NCBI GenBank assembly: GCA_040954595.2
Contig: CM082581.2
Coordinates: 9,713,878-9,777,877, forward strand
DNA length: 64,000 nt
Reading direction: 5' to 3'
Source: Balanoglossus misakiensis
Lineage: Eukaryota; Animalia; Hemichordata
A program made the translations under genes and the position numbers. Shown piece after piece: positions 40,028 through 53,705 of the stretch (its first letter is position 1; each line of letters starts with the position of its first letter). The notes under the pieces were generated by a model, which was not told the origin of the DNA, ran no database searches, and worked only from the letters and a program-made list of their open reading frames with translations.

Positions 40028-41206
40028 CGAATAATGCTGTCAACCGAGGGCATGTTGGGAAGGCCGGTCATTGGTGTTGAACATGTGAAGATACAACATG
40101 TTTCCTCTATCATGCAATCATGACAAACAATTTGTACTCTGCAAGGCTTCAGCGGTTACTTTAGTTAACTACCCTGATATGTTCATGTATGACAAAATAA
40201 GAATTTTTTAACAGAATGTGTAAGTTATTTCAAATTTTCTTTCTGCCAATGCAAATTCATTTCTGACATTCAGTAGCCCACTGGTTGTATAAATGTATGT
40301 CCCATTAGACTGGCAGGTTCAACTTCTGTTTGTGGGGTTTTGAGATATTTTTTGTGTGGTGTAGAATAAATCTTGTCTCATAGGATGCAGAACCATCTCT
40401 TTCTGCCATGATAAGATTTTTGTTCAATTGTGTGAAGGAGAAATGTCAAATTGCTACCCAAAAAGCCAAATATGAATTAGACGAGAAATTTTATTTGTAG
40501 AGATAGATACGAGAATCCCATTATCAGAACAATATTTAGAATAGACCCCAGTAATATTTTGTAAAATGTGTAAAAAAATTATTCATCACCCATGTGCGAA
40601 ATTGTACTGTGACAGTCTTTAATTTAGCAGTGACATTTTGTGACCCATGTGAAATTGTACTCATACTGATTGTTTTGAATTCAACAATGATATTCTTTGT
40701 AAATAGGTGATGTAAAACATTATTAAAATAGACAATTTGTCTACAAAGTCAATAAAATCAACTTTATTAGACTGATTCATAGCTTGTTTCTTCATCGAAC
40801 TCAACCAAAATCTCTGCACGAAGAAATATAACACTACAGATTCTACATTCAATAATCACAGCTTTGCATAATCATATATGGATAACCAGACAGACAATAT
40901 CACCCAACAACCCAGTCACTATGTATTTACAGATAACAGAATGCAGTGACTTTTTGCCTCTACCAAGTTACGTATACATATCTTTCTGAAAGAAATATCA
41001 GAAATCCATGGCAGTGATTGAAACATACAAAAATATGCAGTATCAAAGTGCTTCACTCTGAAATTAACAAAATGACAGAATAACATCTATCCATTTCCCA
41101 TCAAACACCTGTAAATTTAAGCCCTGTGGTCTATTATTATTGACCACAGAAAAATCATGATTTTGTTGAAGTTCGTGCTCACAGGAAGGTGACTGACCAG
41201 GGCCGA

Positions 41207-44200
41207 TCAAGACGTCACCATGGTCTGTCGGCTGAACAGTTCCAAGGTCAGCGAACTCAGGAAGGCCGGAATGCTGTCGAATCGCATGAGGTACTGTTCA
41301 ATCATGTCGCTGAGTGTGGACGAAAATGCCGTCTCTAGCAACTGGAATGACCCGGCTTCAGTAGACTGAAAAGAAACACCGATAGTAGGGAATTGGTGTG
41401 CAATTTGGTACAACGTGTCATTGATGGCGTGTCCATCTCATCCACTGATGCATGGATAATCTATGGCACAAAAATACACCTTGTTTGATAGAGGACACCA
41501 CAGCGATTGAATGTTTTATAAACCCTACCTGAAACATGAGTACATCATCACTACTTTCCGCGTACATCGACATCAGCAAGTAATTATTCTCCTTAGGGTT
41601 GTCAATCTTGTAGCCTGTCAGCTGGTAGCAAGCTTCGCGGAAGGCCTGTATTTTCTTGTAGAAGACTTCCTTCAGCCTCTGGTTTCTCATTTCAGACGAC
41701 TTCAGCTCCTTCTTTAGCTCTGAAGAGAAGAGAGTATTTGCATCCACGTTTTAGTTTTGGCATTGGCGATTCACAGCATAGATTGGGGATAACGTATGTT
41801 AAAATATCTTATGCCAGGGGTACCAGGAAATGGGTTCTGTATTCAGTCTGCCTGAAGCAAATTCGACAAGACTTTGCCACACCTTCGACTTCTTTACTTG
41901 ACGCCTCCGCAAATTTCTCTGACATCTTCTCTCCACTGACACTTGCACCACTTTCTTCCAACTCTCGGACTCGATTCTTTAGCCTTTCGCATTCTTGTCT
42001 GAGTTGATTCAGTTCTTCGGCCCGTCTCTGCCTGGCCATGGCGCTGGGATTCATTCCAAAGTGTACAACTTTGGTCTTGGTGGGATCATAGTCACCCTAA
42101 AAAAACACAAAGACATTCATGAGTGTTCCAAGACTTAGGGTTGGACCATTTGATTTCTGGGGAGGGGGGACTGGACGACTTTGGGAATAAAATTGTTGAA
42201 AACCTTTTGCCAGAAATCAAATGGTCCACCCCATACCTCAATTTTTCTGTTTGATAAACCTTTTAGCTGCAAGTGTCACTGAGCTGATAATGCGGCAATA
42301 TAAACATGTATTCAAATCTTCAAAAGCTGCAAACACCACCACCTTCAATGTTCAACAAAACATTGTAGACCCTTACTTGCAACGCCCTCTGTTCAAAGAT
42401 GGCCTCCAGAGTCTCATTTCTTTCCGTGAGTTTCGCATTGTCCTCTTCCAGTTGTTTGAGTTTGTCTCTCAGGTCCTGCAGTTCCTTGGAGTCGACCGGG
42501 GCAGGTTTCTCCGAAGATACTGAGCTGAGCATCTGTATCTGCAGCTGAAGCTGTTCAATTTCCATCAAATGCTGGTTGCAGAGATTGAACAAGTGGGGAG
42601 TTAGAAAACAACTGCAATTTACAACACTATTTAAACGTCTTGCATCTACATGAATTTCAAGAACATTTTGTAATGAACATAAAAATGCCATCACTCGTCT
42701 GCAGTACAGAAATTGTCACTTGCAAGTACGGAAGTTATTCCTTTTTTTCTGCATTACCTGTTTTGCAGCCACTCTTGCATTGGTGCCATCTGCAACTGCT
42801 GCTTCGACTTCTTGCTATTGTGATGAAAAAAAAAGGTTCCAATTAGTGCTATTGGATGAAGTTATTCCCATTAGCCGGCCATCCTTTCTTGGAGATGATC
42901 ACCCTTTCACATAGTGTGATCTCCCAGTAGGTATCACTGCTTCCCTTCCAAAATGGAACAGAGTAAACTGACAATGGGGGTGGTCTCCTCCTACCTCAAG
43001 TTTCTCAATATGCCTGTTGGCCGTTTGTAAGACTTCCTCTGCTTGTTGCATTCTAGCCATGTATTGGGAAGTGGAACCAGTCGTCGTCACCTCACTGTCA
43101 TACTCGTTCAATACTTGGCGTAGACTGTCACGTTCCTGCGCAAGAAAAGAAGAAATACACAGTGAAAAATTTTAAGTTTGCATTTTATAAATATCAGTTA
43201 TGTATGTACGTATGAGAAATATAAAATCTCAATCAAGTATTGTCTCACTTTTGCAACCAGCAAGTATCGCTTTCGTAGTCTCTTCACTAAATCTTCCTGG
43301 TCTTTGTGTTTTTCCTGTAAGTTGAAAAGTTGTTTCGTGGTCTCCGCGAGTTTTCCAGCTGTCGACTGGTAGGCCTGTTCAAACGCACGTGAACTGAAGA
43401 GAAAGGAACAGAAGGTCAGATATTGAAAGTTTGGAAATACACAAATGTACTTTATGCAAATAAGTACAACATGGCAGGTATAGTGCTGTTTCAGCATGTC
43501 ATGAAAACTTGAATAGCGATTGCACTGCTGCAGAATAGACCAGTCTCAGGATTATTATGCAAGTACAGAAATCATACTTCAAAAGGCACATGTTAAGAGA
43601 TTACCTGGCAGAAGATTGCCCTTCTTTGGCAAGGAGCAATGCACTCTGCTGTTGGAGTTCGGCCACCTGTCTTGTCAACTCATCTGGAGACCTGCAATGC
43701 AAGCATACCTCACTGTATAGGAACAGAATGATCAAGGAAGATCTTGGTGCCGTCTTGTCAAGCGAGCACCAGGTTGAACATTCAGCACCCTGAACAATCT
43801 TAATCACTATAAGACATCTCTTTCTCACATGTGTTACGCTTTTTTTTCTCACTCCTGCTTTTGAAAGATTGAAAGAATTCCAAAATGCTGTGTTCTATTT
43901 CACTGCCCCCTTGTGAAGATCCCACAGACGACATTACTGCATAAAACGGACCTTGGCTTTCCGGTACCAGTGGTGTCCAGCGTCTCCCACTTCTTCAGTT
44001 TTTCGTGCAGTGCTTGATTTTCCACCTCAAACCTGATCAGCTCCGCATTGCGTTGTTCGGCTCTGGTCAGTTTACTTTCCATACTCTGACATTTTTCTTT
44101 CAGTAAGGTGGTGTTTTCCGAGGTCTCTCTATAGGAGGAGAAAGAAGAACACTGACCATCACAACCATGATGAACGACTGAAGATTTTACACACATCTTT

Positions 44201-46211
44201 TCATTTACCTAGCATTTTATCATAAACTGGTTAAAATCATGATAAAAACAAAGAAGCTTGGTATATTTCAGTTCATGATTGTGGCTAAAAAGATGGCAGC
44301 CGTATCTTTCAATAATTCAATTTTTTTTCAGTGCTTTTTGCTACATGTATAAATGTTACTGTACCTGATATAATTGTTTTCTTCTCGGAGTCGCCGGTTC
44401 TCCTTTTCCAAATCTTTTAGTTTTCCCAAAGAATCCTTCATCACATTGGCCAAAACTGCACCTTCTTCCAGTCGTGATATTTTCTGCTCAAGTTCCTTAG
44501 AAAGTTTCTCGGCTGCCAGCGCCCGTTCCTGGTATTGGCGAATTTGACCTTTCCAACCAGCGGCTTCTACAGCACGTCTGACAAATAAAATATGAGGACA
44601 TCAAATTCTTGTACATTCTAAACCATATTAGTTGACTAAGGCTAAAACGCAATTGCATGAAATACTGAAAATGTCTAAGGTCTCTCTCTGTATAAAATCA
44701 CATAACCCATTCCAAGCCCGCGAGTTCTTACCTCATACTGTGCTGTAACTCTGCTCTGCTTTGATCCATGTCTATTTTCAGCTGCTTTATTTGATTTTCT
44801 CTCCTTTTAAAATTATTAACAGGAAGATGCAGATGAAGAGGAGTGCACCAGACAGAACGCAAGTGACTATCATGGTTCGGAACAAAATTTCCAATGCACC
44901 TGGTTGAAGCATTCAATATAGATGAGTTCGAGTGTGTTCTTACTCACACGATCTGAGCAATCTCCTGCTATCAAAACATAACATACCTTAGAATTTCATT
45001 CCTGAGCAGAGAACATTCTGTTCTTCCATTCTCTTGTGCCTGTGGTCAATGACAATAAAGCAATCATACAACTGAAACTGCTTATGACAGAGGAATAGAA
45101 TTATCAACGGTAGAAATGGCCCGTTCCCTCATCTTACTGTTTTTAGGTTTCAGGCCGTAACACAATGTGCTAAAACACAAGAAATACCCTGTGCAAACTC
45201 AGTTTGGATCCTGAACAAATGTGTGACTTAATTGTGTTTTAATGGAAAATCTGATGGATCATACTTAGACACTCACACTTTGACCAAGGTGTCAAACTGA
45301 CAGGCAGTGTTATATATGCACACATGGTGTACATGTACTAGTATGCCAATCCACTCTCAGATAGAACCCTAATGAATCCAACTGACAGTGTGCCTGTCAG
45401 GGAATGGCTCTATGTTCTCACCTCATGCAACTGTGATTGCAATCTCAGAGTCTCCTGTCTTATTTCCTGCGTCTTCTCTTTGTGATGCACTTTGTCTTTC
45501 TCCAGCAACTTCTTGTACTCTTCGCACTCTTGCCTGGTTCTCATTTCTTGCTTGGCCAAGAATTCCAGCTTTTGCTGCATCTCTTGCACCTTGTCCTTTT
45601 CTCTCTGAAAGAGAAAAGAAACAGTAGCGTTGATGGGTAAAACTGACCACTACCTTTTGCAGGGACTCCATAACTGTCAGCTGAGGGAATAAATCTTCAC
45701 GATTTTTTTTCCTTACCCGTCTTTCAAGTTTCACTTTTTCCAGTTCTTTTTCATACTCCACATGCTGTCTTGTATTTTCAGCTTTCAGACCGTCAATTTC
45801 ACTCTCCAGTATTGAGATGTTGCCTCTTGCTGTCAGGATTTCAGCTTCCTTTACCCGGATTTTGTTTTCCACTCTTCTCTTCTCTGAAATGACGGATTTG
45901 GGAGAACAATTTTGCAGATCGGTTTATTCTGGAAAAAAGCTTAACATCCTGCAGTGGATGGTTATACTCAAAGGAGTCCACACACAAAAACCTGTAACTC
46001 AGTCCACACTGTCTATGCTTGATCCAACGATAAGACTCTTTCATGTGTTTTATACTGCAAGGTTTGCTTCTAGGGTCTATATATGTACTTTTACATTTCT
46101 ATCTATAATATTCCATGATAAACTTTTTTACTAACCGATATCTTTATTCAAGAAGTGTCTAAAGTCTCCCATGAGCCTGACCACACCCGTGCTCTCTTCG
46201 GGAGAGTCCAT
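41207..46211 (-). CDS. MAD1L1: Mitotic spindle assembly checkpoint protein MAD1 (multi-exon; N-terminal exon structure approximate)
   Basis: Coiled-coil exons, LVKRLRKRYLLVAKERD, the Mad2-interaction motif GDYDPTKTKVVHFGMNPS (~42040-42096), the RLK motif in RNQRLKEVF..KIQAFREACYQLTGYKID and the C-terminal DSIPAFLSSLTLELFSRQT. Putative start MDSPEESTGVVRLMGDF at 46211. Confidence 0.93.
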
Positions 46212-48402
46212 GATTATTCCTGTAGAAAGAGAGAGATGGGCATCGTTTGTCAATTTGGAATTTCAGGGTTCTTTGCTGTTTGCAATACAACATACCTACG
46301 AGCGATGGTCCAATAATCAATAAAGATACAAGCAGGCCTCTCAAAGGCGACATGAAAACTGTTTGTGTGTGTGTTGGATTTCAAGTGAAGAAATCAAATC
46401 ACCCGCGCCGATCAAATGCGCTTGCATTGCCCTATCTCTGCCATGATGCAGATATGGGCTCTCCTCTGACCTGAGATGGGGCTACAATGACGTTTAGTGG
46501 CAGGCAAATCTTGAAAGAATGTAAATACGTCACCTTATGGTTGAATTATAAACTCTTATAGCAACACGACTGTAACATTGACGCTAAACCACTCGCTGCC
46601 CTCCATGTTTTTTGAGGTAGGGGTCAAAGGTGAACTGGGTAAACTCATTGCCACAGAGGGCGTGATTTACATGGCGAAAATTCAATCAGTTACATATACA
46701 TGTAAACCACTCCTGCCACTTTCTCGTGTTACGATTGTGGCTAATTTGATTATTTAAACCCGAGAAAACTGATTAAAACTTCAAATCAGACCACGGTCAC
46801 AGAGGCGGACATCCGAGTACAGAACAGCAGAGGAGAACTCCACAGAGTTCTCTGCTGTTCATGTAGTCATGTTGAAGATTTCAGATAATAATCATGCCGT
46901 GAAATAGCTCTGGTGGAGGCCGTGTAACGCCGGGAACACACAGACCTGTACGCAGAGCTAGCCGTGAAACTATTTGCTCTATTTGCCACACAGAAGAAGA
47001 CCCCGGGGCGAAAGTGAGTTTGCATTGGATAGGCCCTAACCGTACCTTGGCATTAGCTTGAACCTTAACTAATGATCCTTTAGGTCACTAGGCTGTGGTT
47101 TATCCAAAGGGCGTGTTCCAGCTGTTTATCATAGTGGTGTGAGCCACACACACCCACTTGATGTCATTGTACTTTATACTGCATTCCCGCCATACCCAGA
47201 TAGTGGGTATGGGCCTACATACCATACGCATGGGGTTCGAGCCCGGTTCGAGGTCTGGTAAGCGAAGCGTAATAATTGGCCATGTCACCAGATTGTGGGG
47301 TAACGTTGTTTTCTCCAAATCTTGTTGTCATCGACGCCTTGACACAGGAGAATACCACTAATAACTCTTCGCTGACGAAAATGAGATAAACAGTAAACAA
47401 CTTGTCCGATTTGAGTTTATATTTTCAGAAATACTTTGCGAGCGTTTATTGACGTATGCAACTTAGCCTTCAATCGACAAAAATCTGTCAGGTGTCACTG
47501 CACTATCTCTTTTCAACACATTTGATGCAGTGACTCTCGCACAAGCTCTGACATTAACGTTTGGCTCAAAACTTTCGACGCAGGAGGCCTGTAATAAAGT
47601 GTGCAAGGCCGATGTTTACAATAAAGAATTTCTATGTCAAAGAGAATCGATTACGAAATGAAAACACCGTCCTTGTTATACTCCACAGTACACTATACAG
47701 TTGCAATGTCGATATGGTGACTGTTGTGCTTTGTATAAAGCAAATAATGGGACTCTGTATTCAGTGAAATTGAATGGGATAACATTCTTAATTAAACTTG
47801 TAGTGCTCCAAATCGCCTCGCATATCCTCAATTAGCGAAAGAAATTGGAACCACATGAATTTTCCCTCGGTTTTAGCAACATTTGGTAATAAGTCGGTCA
47901 TAAATGAATTTTGGCGAGATGGGAGTGTATTATTTATGAGAGACTGCTATTTCATTACATTAAAGAGTTTATATCACATGCCGGCGGCCGGGGACGATAA
48001 CCGCCGGGTAAGTATACATGTACGTTCACCTGCAATGATCGTAAAATTCTTTATACTTTTGATTTATTTTATTAATTCTACCTTGTTAACATTTTTAGGT
48101 TTGGAGAAATAAAAATTACACAAAAGTGAAAATGGTTGATCGATTTTTGTTTTCAATTTGAGGAAAAGTAATTCTTTAGTGGTCTCCTACGTCATCAACA
48201 AGTTCCCATTGAAAACAAAGTGGCGCGAGACATTTGATGTGTAGGAGCCATGGCATAAAATCTACAAGGTCCACAATAAGGAATTTCTATTTGGGAGAGA
48301 GTATCGATCGTGATCCTGGGGTACGAGAGCTGTATACCCCTTACCAGCCGGCCACAATGGGCTCTTCTGGGCAATCCCATTCAATACAAGGGATGAAGGG
48401 TG

Positions 48403-48410
48403 TATATAAA
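48403..48410 (+). promoter_or_regulatory. TATA box of the COMTD1-like gene
   Basis: TATATAAA about 130 nt upstream of ATG 48538. Confidence 0.5.
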
Positions 48411-48537
48411 CCAGGAGTTTCGGGCAGCAGCATCCAGATAAGGTAAACCGCTGCATCCGAAGAATTTCTCTCGTAGATTCGAAACAATTCGCGTTGGAGA
48501 AACAAGCTCTCGTACGTCGAATCGCATACCAGACATT

Positions 48538-51500
48538 ATGTCGTTGTTATCGCTGACGACTTTCGACTGGACAGCCCTGTGCACGGGCGCCGCCGTTGTA
48601 GCCCTCGGCAGTATCGCAGGTAAAGTCATCCTTCTCAAAATTCTAGAATTCCTTATTTTTTGTTCCCTTCAAATTTTGAGCTTCTCATTTACGCAAAAGA
48701 AAACCGACAGAAAAGTGAACTACCTTGCTCAAACACCACGCAGATTTTTCCTCCGAGACTTGCCGACAGGTTGAAGTTACATAAGAGAACAAAATTCGCA
48801 TCCTTTTATACGGCAGGTGATAATCAATGATCTAATACAACCATGAACGCCACACCGAGTAAAACGATTGTACAACATACAATTTTGACGTATTCGGTAG
48901 TACATTTGATAACTGAAATGTATCATTTTAGTTCCTGTTCAAAGTGATCCGGATTATTTTCTACCGTTAATTGATTGTAGGCTATCGAATGGCAAAAGGG
49001 GAAAACGGCGATGAGAAACCTTGGTTGAAGCAGAGCAAGGCGAAAAGTTTTATGTGTGAGAACGATCCGCAAACCAAATACGTCATGGACCATTCCTTGC
49101 GTGAACATCCAGCCTTAACAGAACTGAGAAAGGTGAGTACCTCTCTATCCTTCCCTCCCTCCACCTCTCTCTCCCCCTCTCTCTTTCTCCCCCTCTCTCA
49201 CGCACGCACGCACACAAGCATTCACACACACACGCATGTACACGCACGCACACATTCGCAGACAGTGTAGATCGAATTGGATTGGATTGGGAGGGGGCGA
49301 GTAGCTACCGACTGAATGGACAACGATTGAAGGATTATCATATCAACGACGGAAATGTACGCCCAGTCGGGTTGCGTCGTCGACAGGGGTTGTAAACAGT
49401 CTTGACATCTTTTCAAAGCCGGTTCACTTTCAAGTATACTCGTGCGTGCGTCTTAAAGATCTGATTGCCTTCTTTGTGCCCTTTCTTCTTTCCCTTTATC
49501 CCTCCGCTCTAAGCAAATAAACAGCATACAATATGTGCATGCGAACACAACACAACACAATTCTATACCGAACAAAGATGAGGTCAGTGCATTCATTATT
49601 CCCAATTCCGTCAACAGGATTATCATACCGCATCGGAAATAAACACCTCCCCCGCACCATCCGGATCATTAACGCGATCCCAAAGAATTTCTCGCGTGTC
49701 CTTACTCCCATTATTTTCATTCGGGGTATGCGGCCAAAGTTCAAAACATCGATCGACTGTTACGGATTTCTTATCTTAATTTTGGGAACATGTTCAGTTC
49801 ATTTACAGTTATTCTATTGAATGCAAAGGTTTACAAAAACTGTTACGTTTTCCCTTCCCTCTTCGTTCTCACGTTATTTTCCTGTACTCTTTCATCTATT
49901 TTTGCACTTTTGCGCTTCATTTTGGTATATTTAAATGAATATCAAGAAACTTTTTCTGGAATGAATCAAGCAAGGCAGCATTCACTCGCTTTTTATATGA
50001 CGTCACTGTCTATTATATCAATTCTAAAATTGCACCACAAGAACCAATAAGGGAAAACTAAATCACCATACACACCATACATTACAGGTTTTCCTAAACA
50101 AAACGTTGCTTAGCGACTTGAATCATTCGATATCGCATAAAAGTAAACGGCAAACACCATTTTCACACGTACTGTACTCTTTTATAAAAGAAAAGTTCAT
50201 CGAACTTATTCTTGTACACTTAGCGACAATTAAATGCATGTACTTCGGTAAAAGGATACTACAAGAAAGCCCGTCGTCGTTATTTGATAAATATTGATTC
50301 CGGAATGGATAACAGGTGTTTGAAAAGTGGAAATTAATTTAGTCTACTTTCGCGACGCACAATGTGTTTTTTACGTAAGCGCATTGTAAAATACAGTAAA
50401 ACAAATCTACTTTGGTGTAAATTGAATGACGCTGTAGTAGTGTTTTTAATCAACTTTTTTATTGGCTCAATTGCCTTCAAGCTGTTCTAGTTACAGCACG
50501 TATGACACTGTATATTGTACATGGCCGATATCGAACAAGGACAATGATTGTCGCTACAGCGGTGAAGGGGAGAGGCGTGCAGCGGAAAGCTGTTAATTGG
50601 ATTAACCTACTCTAACACGTACAGTTACCTAGTATACATACATATCAATGCGCAAATAAACATTGACTTGGGAATTTTCATTTTGTCATTCTTTGTCAAG
50701 GCCACGATCAAGACTTACAAGGACGTTGCGTTCATGCTGTGTCCGCCCGAGGAATGTCAGTTTTTCACAATACTGCTGAAGATGTTGAACGCAAGAAAGG
50801 TAATCGAGATCGGTAAGGAAACTATAATTGCGACTCCCTAGTTGGACCGGCTTTACGTCGCCGTCCGCTGGCTGACTGTAACCTTCGTCGTCCCACAGTC
50901 GGTTTTAGCGATTCAATAGGTTTGTCCCTAGGCCTCTATAACTCCCATTCTTAATTGTCAACAGGTACCTTCACCGGTTACAACGCGGCAAGTATGGCTT
51001 TGAACTTACCCGACGACGGAAAGGTAGTTGCGTGCGACATTGAGCAAAAGTTTGCCGACTTTGGCAGAGTTTACTGGAAAAAGATGGGCGTCAATCATAA
51101 AATAGATTTGCGAATACAGCCGGCCTTGAAGACCCTGGGTAAGTTTGATGCGAAAAAAGTAAACTTTATGACTGAGTGTCATTTTACAGAAGACTAACAG
51201 AAGACTGACTAAGTGAAGTAAGAGAGATTTTGTTCAGTCAGCAAAGGCTTTCCTGTCTTGGTCCGTCTTTCTGCTATCTTAGCAATTAGACTTTGTTGAA
51301 TGACCCCGTTTTCGTATTTGATTTCTTGATAAAGACGATCTCATAGCGGCGGGTGAAGCAGGAACATACGACTTCGTTTTTGTTGACGCTGATAAGCAAT
51401 CAATGGTGGACTACTACGAAAAGTCGTTGAAATTACTGAGACCAGCCGGCATCATCGCCTTGGACAACGTAAGTATCACGTGGTGGTCATAAATCAATTT

Positions 51501-51740
51501 TGCTCATACCGATCTCTCCTCCACATTAGTGCTGAACAACTTTTTTCACCGCTATCATATTTCCTTATACATTTTATTTTTCTAAAGGTGATGTGGTATG
51601 GGACCGTCTACGATCCAACCAATCAGACCGCATTTACCCGGGGGACAAGAGCTGTCAACAGACTCGTCAAGAACGACGACAGAGTCGACATTGTTATGCT
51701 GTTGATAGCAGATGGCGTCACTTTGGCACGGAAGAAATGA
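48538..51740 (+). CDS. COMTD1: Catechol O-methyltransferase domain-containing protein (class I SAM O-methyltransferase); exons 48538-48619, 48981-49132, 50701-50812, 50965-51138, 51335-51468, 51588-51740; 268 aa
   Basis: N-terminal membrane anchor, [17 protein letters not shown], the SAM motif [49 protein letters not shown] and [21 protein letters not shown]. Confidence 0.9.
49141..49260. repeat. Low-complexity CT-rich then CA/CACG microsatellite in COMTD1 intron 2
   Basis: ctctctatccttccctccctcc... followed by cacgcacgcacaca... Confidence 0.7.
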
Positions 51741-52147
51741 AAATAGTCCACGCTCTGATTTGATACAATTACAAAATGCTGCCGAACAGCTGCTAAATAT
51801 CTCAGAGCTAGCTCTTTTATAGCAAGTATGAACTGAGTGACATTACCTCATACACTCTATTTAGCGCCCTCGTGCGGCCATCATGAATTTGAAGTAAAAG
51901 CGAGGAAATTAGAAATGACAAAATAAAGAAGTGGTTGACAAAAAAACTGAAGCGAATTGAATTGGAGGAAGTAAAATCTGTAAAAACTTGTAGTAGCAGC
52001 AATAATACTTATAATAATGGAGACATGTATACTTATGAAAGAAATAACAGTTTTTGTACTATGGGTTGCAACCTTTGCCATATACATGTACAAAGCAATA
52101 ATAGTAAATCAAAATATAAACAGAAAAAATATTGAAGAATGTACATA

Positions 52148-52573
52148 CAGCCGAAATTATGAAAGGTCGCCGATTCAATATGTGATCTAGACGTCCTGTG
52201 TGCACTGAACACACGATGTGTTTATCTAACACAAACAACAGAACCTCTCATAAATGAGATGCGGTATCATTAGACTAATTACAGATGGTAGTCTGGAAAC
52301 ACGCTCCCCCTCAGAGAGAGTTGTTTACTTGTAACACGGATGTCAAAGTTTAATCTCAAAGTGTATACGCTTTATGTTGAGAGTGTACCCAAGTAAACAA
52401 CTCTCTCTGAGGGGGAGCGTGTTTCCAGACTACCATCTGTAATTAGTCTAATGATACCGCATCTCTTTTATGAGAGGTTCTGTTGTTTGTGTTAGATAAA
52501 CACATCGTGTGTTCAGTGCACACAGGACGTCTAGATCACATATTGAATCGGCGACCTTTCATAATTTCGGCTG
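52148..52573. mobile_element. MITE / foldback element, Tc1-mariner-type termini
   Basis: Arms 52145-52331 and 52390-52576 (187 bp each) are reverse complements with one visible mismatch and a 58-bp spacer. The element reads TA|CAGCCG...CGGCTG|TA (TA target duplication). No ORF. Confidence 0.88.
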
Positions 52574-53705
52574 TATATGAAATATAAAAATATAAAAGTA
52601 ATAATATATAAACGTGAAACTGAATTAGGATATGTGATTAGCCTTTAATCTTGCCTTAAATGAAAGATGCTAAGTTAAAAAATCTTCAGGTTATGATAAC
52701 AGTTCTGTTATTTTTCGCTGTAGACCGTTATGATGTATGTTTATGTAATTAACATAATTAAAATCTGAATTATGCAAGCATTGCTCTTAATTAAAATTTA
52801 GTCGGAGCGCCCTCACGTGGCTTAAACTATAAGTACAGTAAAACACATATACCATAGCTAGTGATATGGGACTGTCAACCACGCATTTTGAGATGTTAAT
52901 GTTTTTGTTGATCTGCAAATAAAAGTGAATATTTATCACACATGTGTTTGCTGTCCAGATTCTATCAAATTTCGCCGAAACATATGTCAAAAAGCGAGTG
53001 AACGCGTTTACACTTGAACGGTAGAAAGCCTGTAGTTATTGAACTTCTTGGATATCTTCAAAAAAAGCAGTAACAAGTTAATTTTTGTAACGTGATCGCT
53101 AGGTCAACAGAACTGGAGCTGTACAGACTCAAACTCCAGTGATCTAAAAAAAGGGGGTTCTTGGTTCAAAAATATGGTCCTGTGTTCCAAAACGATGATT
53201 AAATATAGAGGGAGCCCTTTCACGAATTAATCGTAACGCGAACGTGACTTGATTTGATTAAACCATTTCCAATAAAATCATCTCGGTCATTCATTCCTTG
53301 AATAATGCGCATAATAGGTAATATAATTTATTGTTTGTCGGTTGACAACAGATAAACTATTCATGAATCAACATTTAGGGAAAATTTAAAACGGGTCGCA
53401 GTAAAGCGACTAATCTCGAATCCGATTGGCTGACTCATGTAGCAAAATATGTGATCATAATTATTTATAGGTGGTTATGTTTTTTTGGGTACGACAAGTG
53501 GGAATGAGGCCATTGCGTGTCCTCATTTGAATATCAATACAAATACGTCAGAGTTTAAAATCCTATATAAGGAAGAGGTGTCGCCAGGATACGGTATGAC
53601 AAATAATGACGTTTGGATTTACTGTGTATACCACAACAGCGAATAGTTTCTAACATATAACACTCAGGACTTTCACCAAAGAAAAGGTTTACAACTGTTG
53701 ATAGG

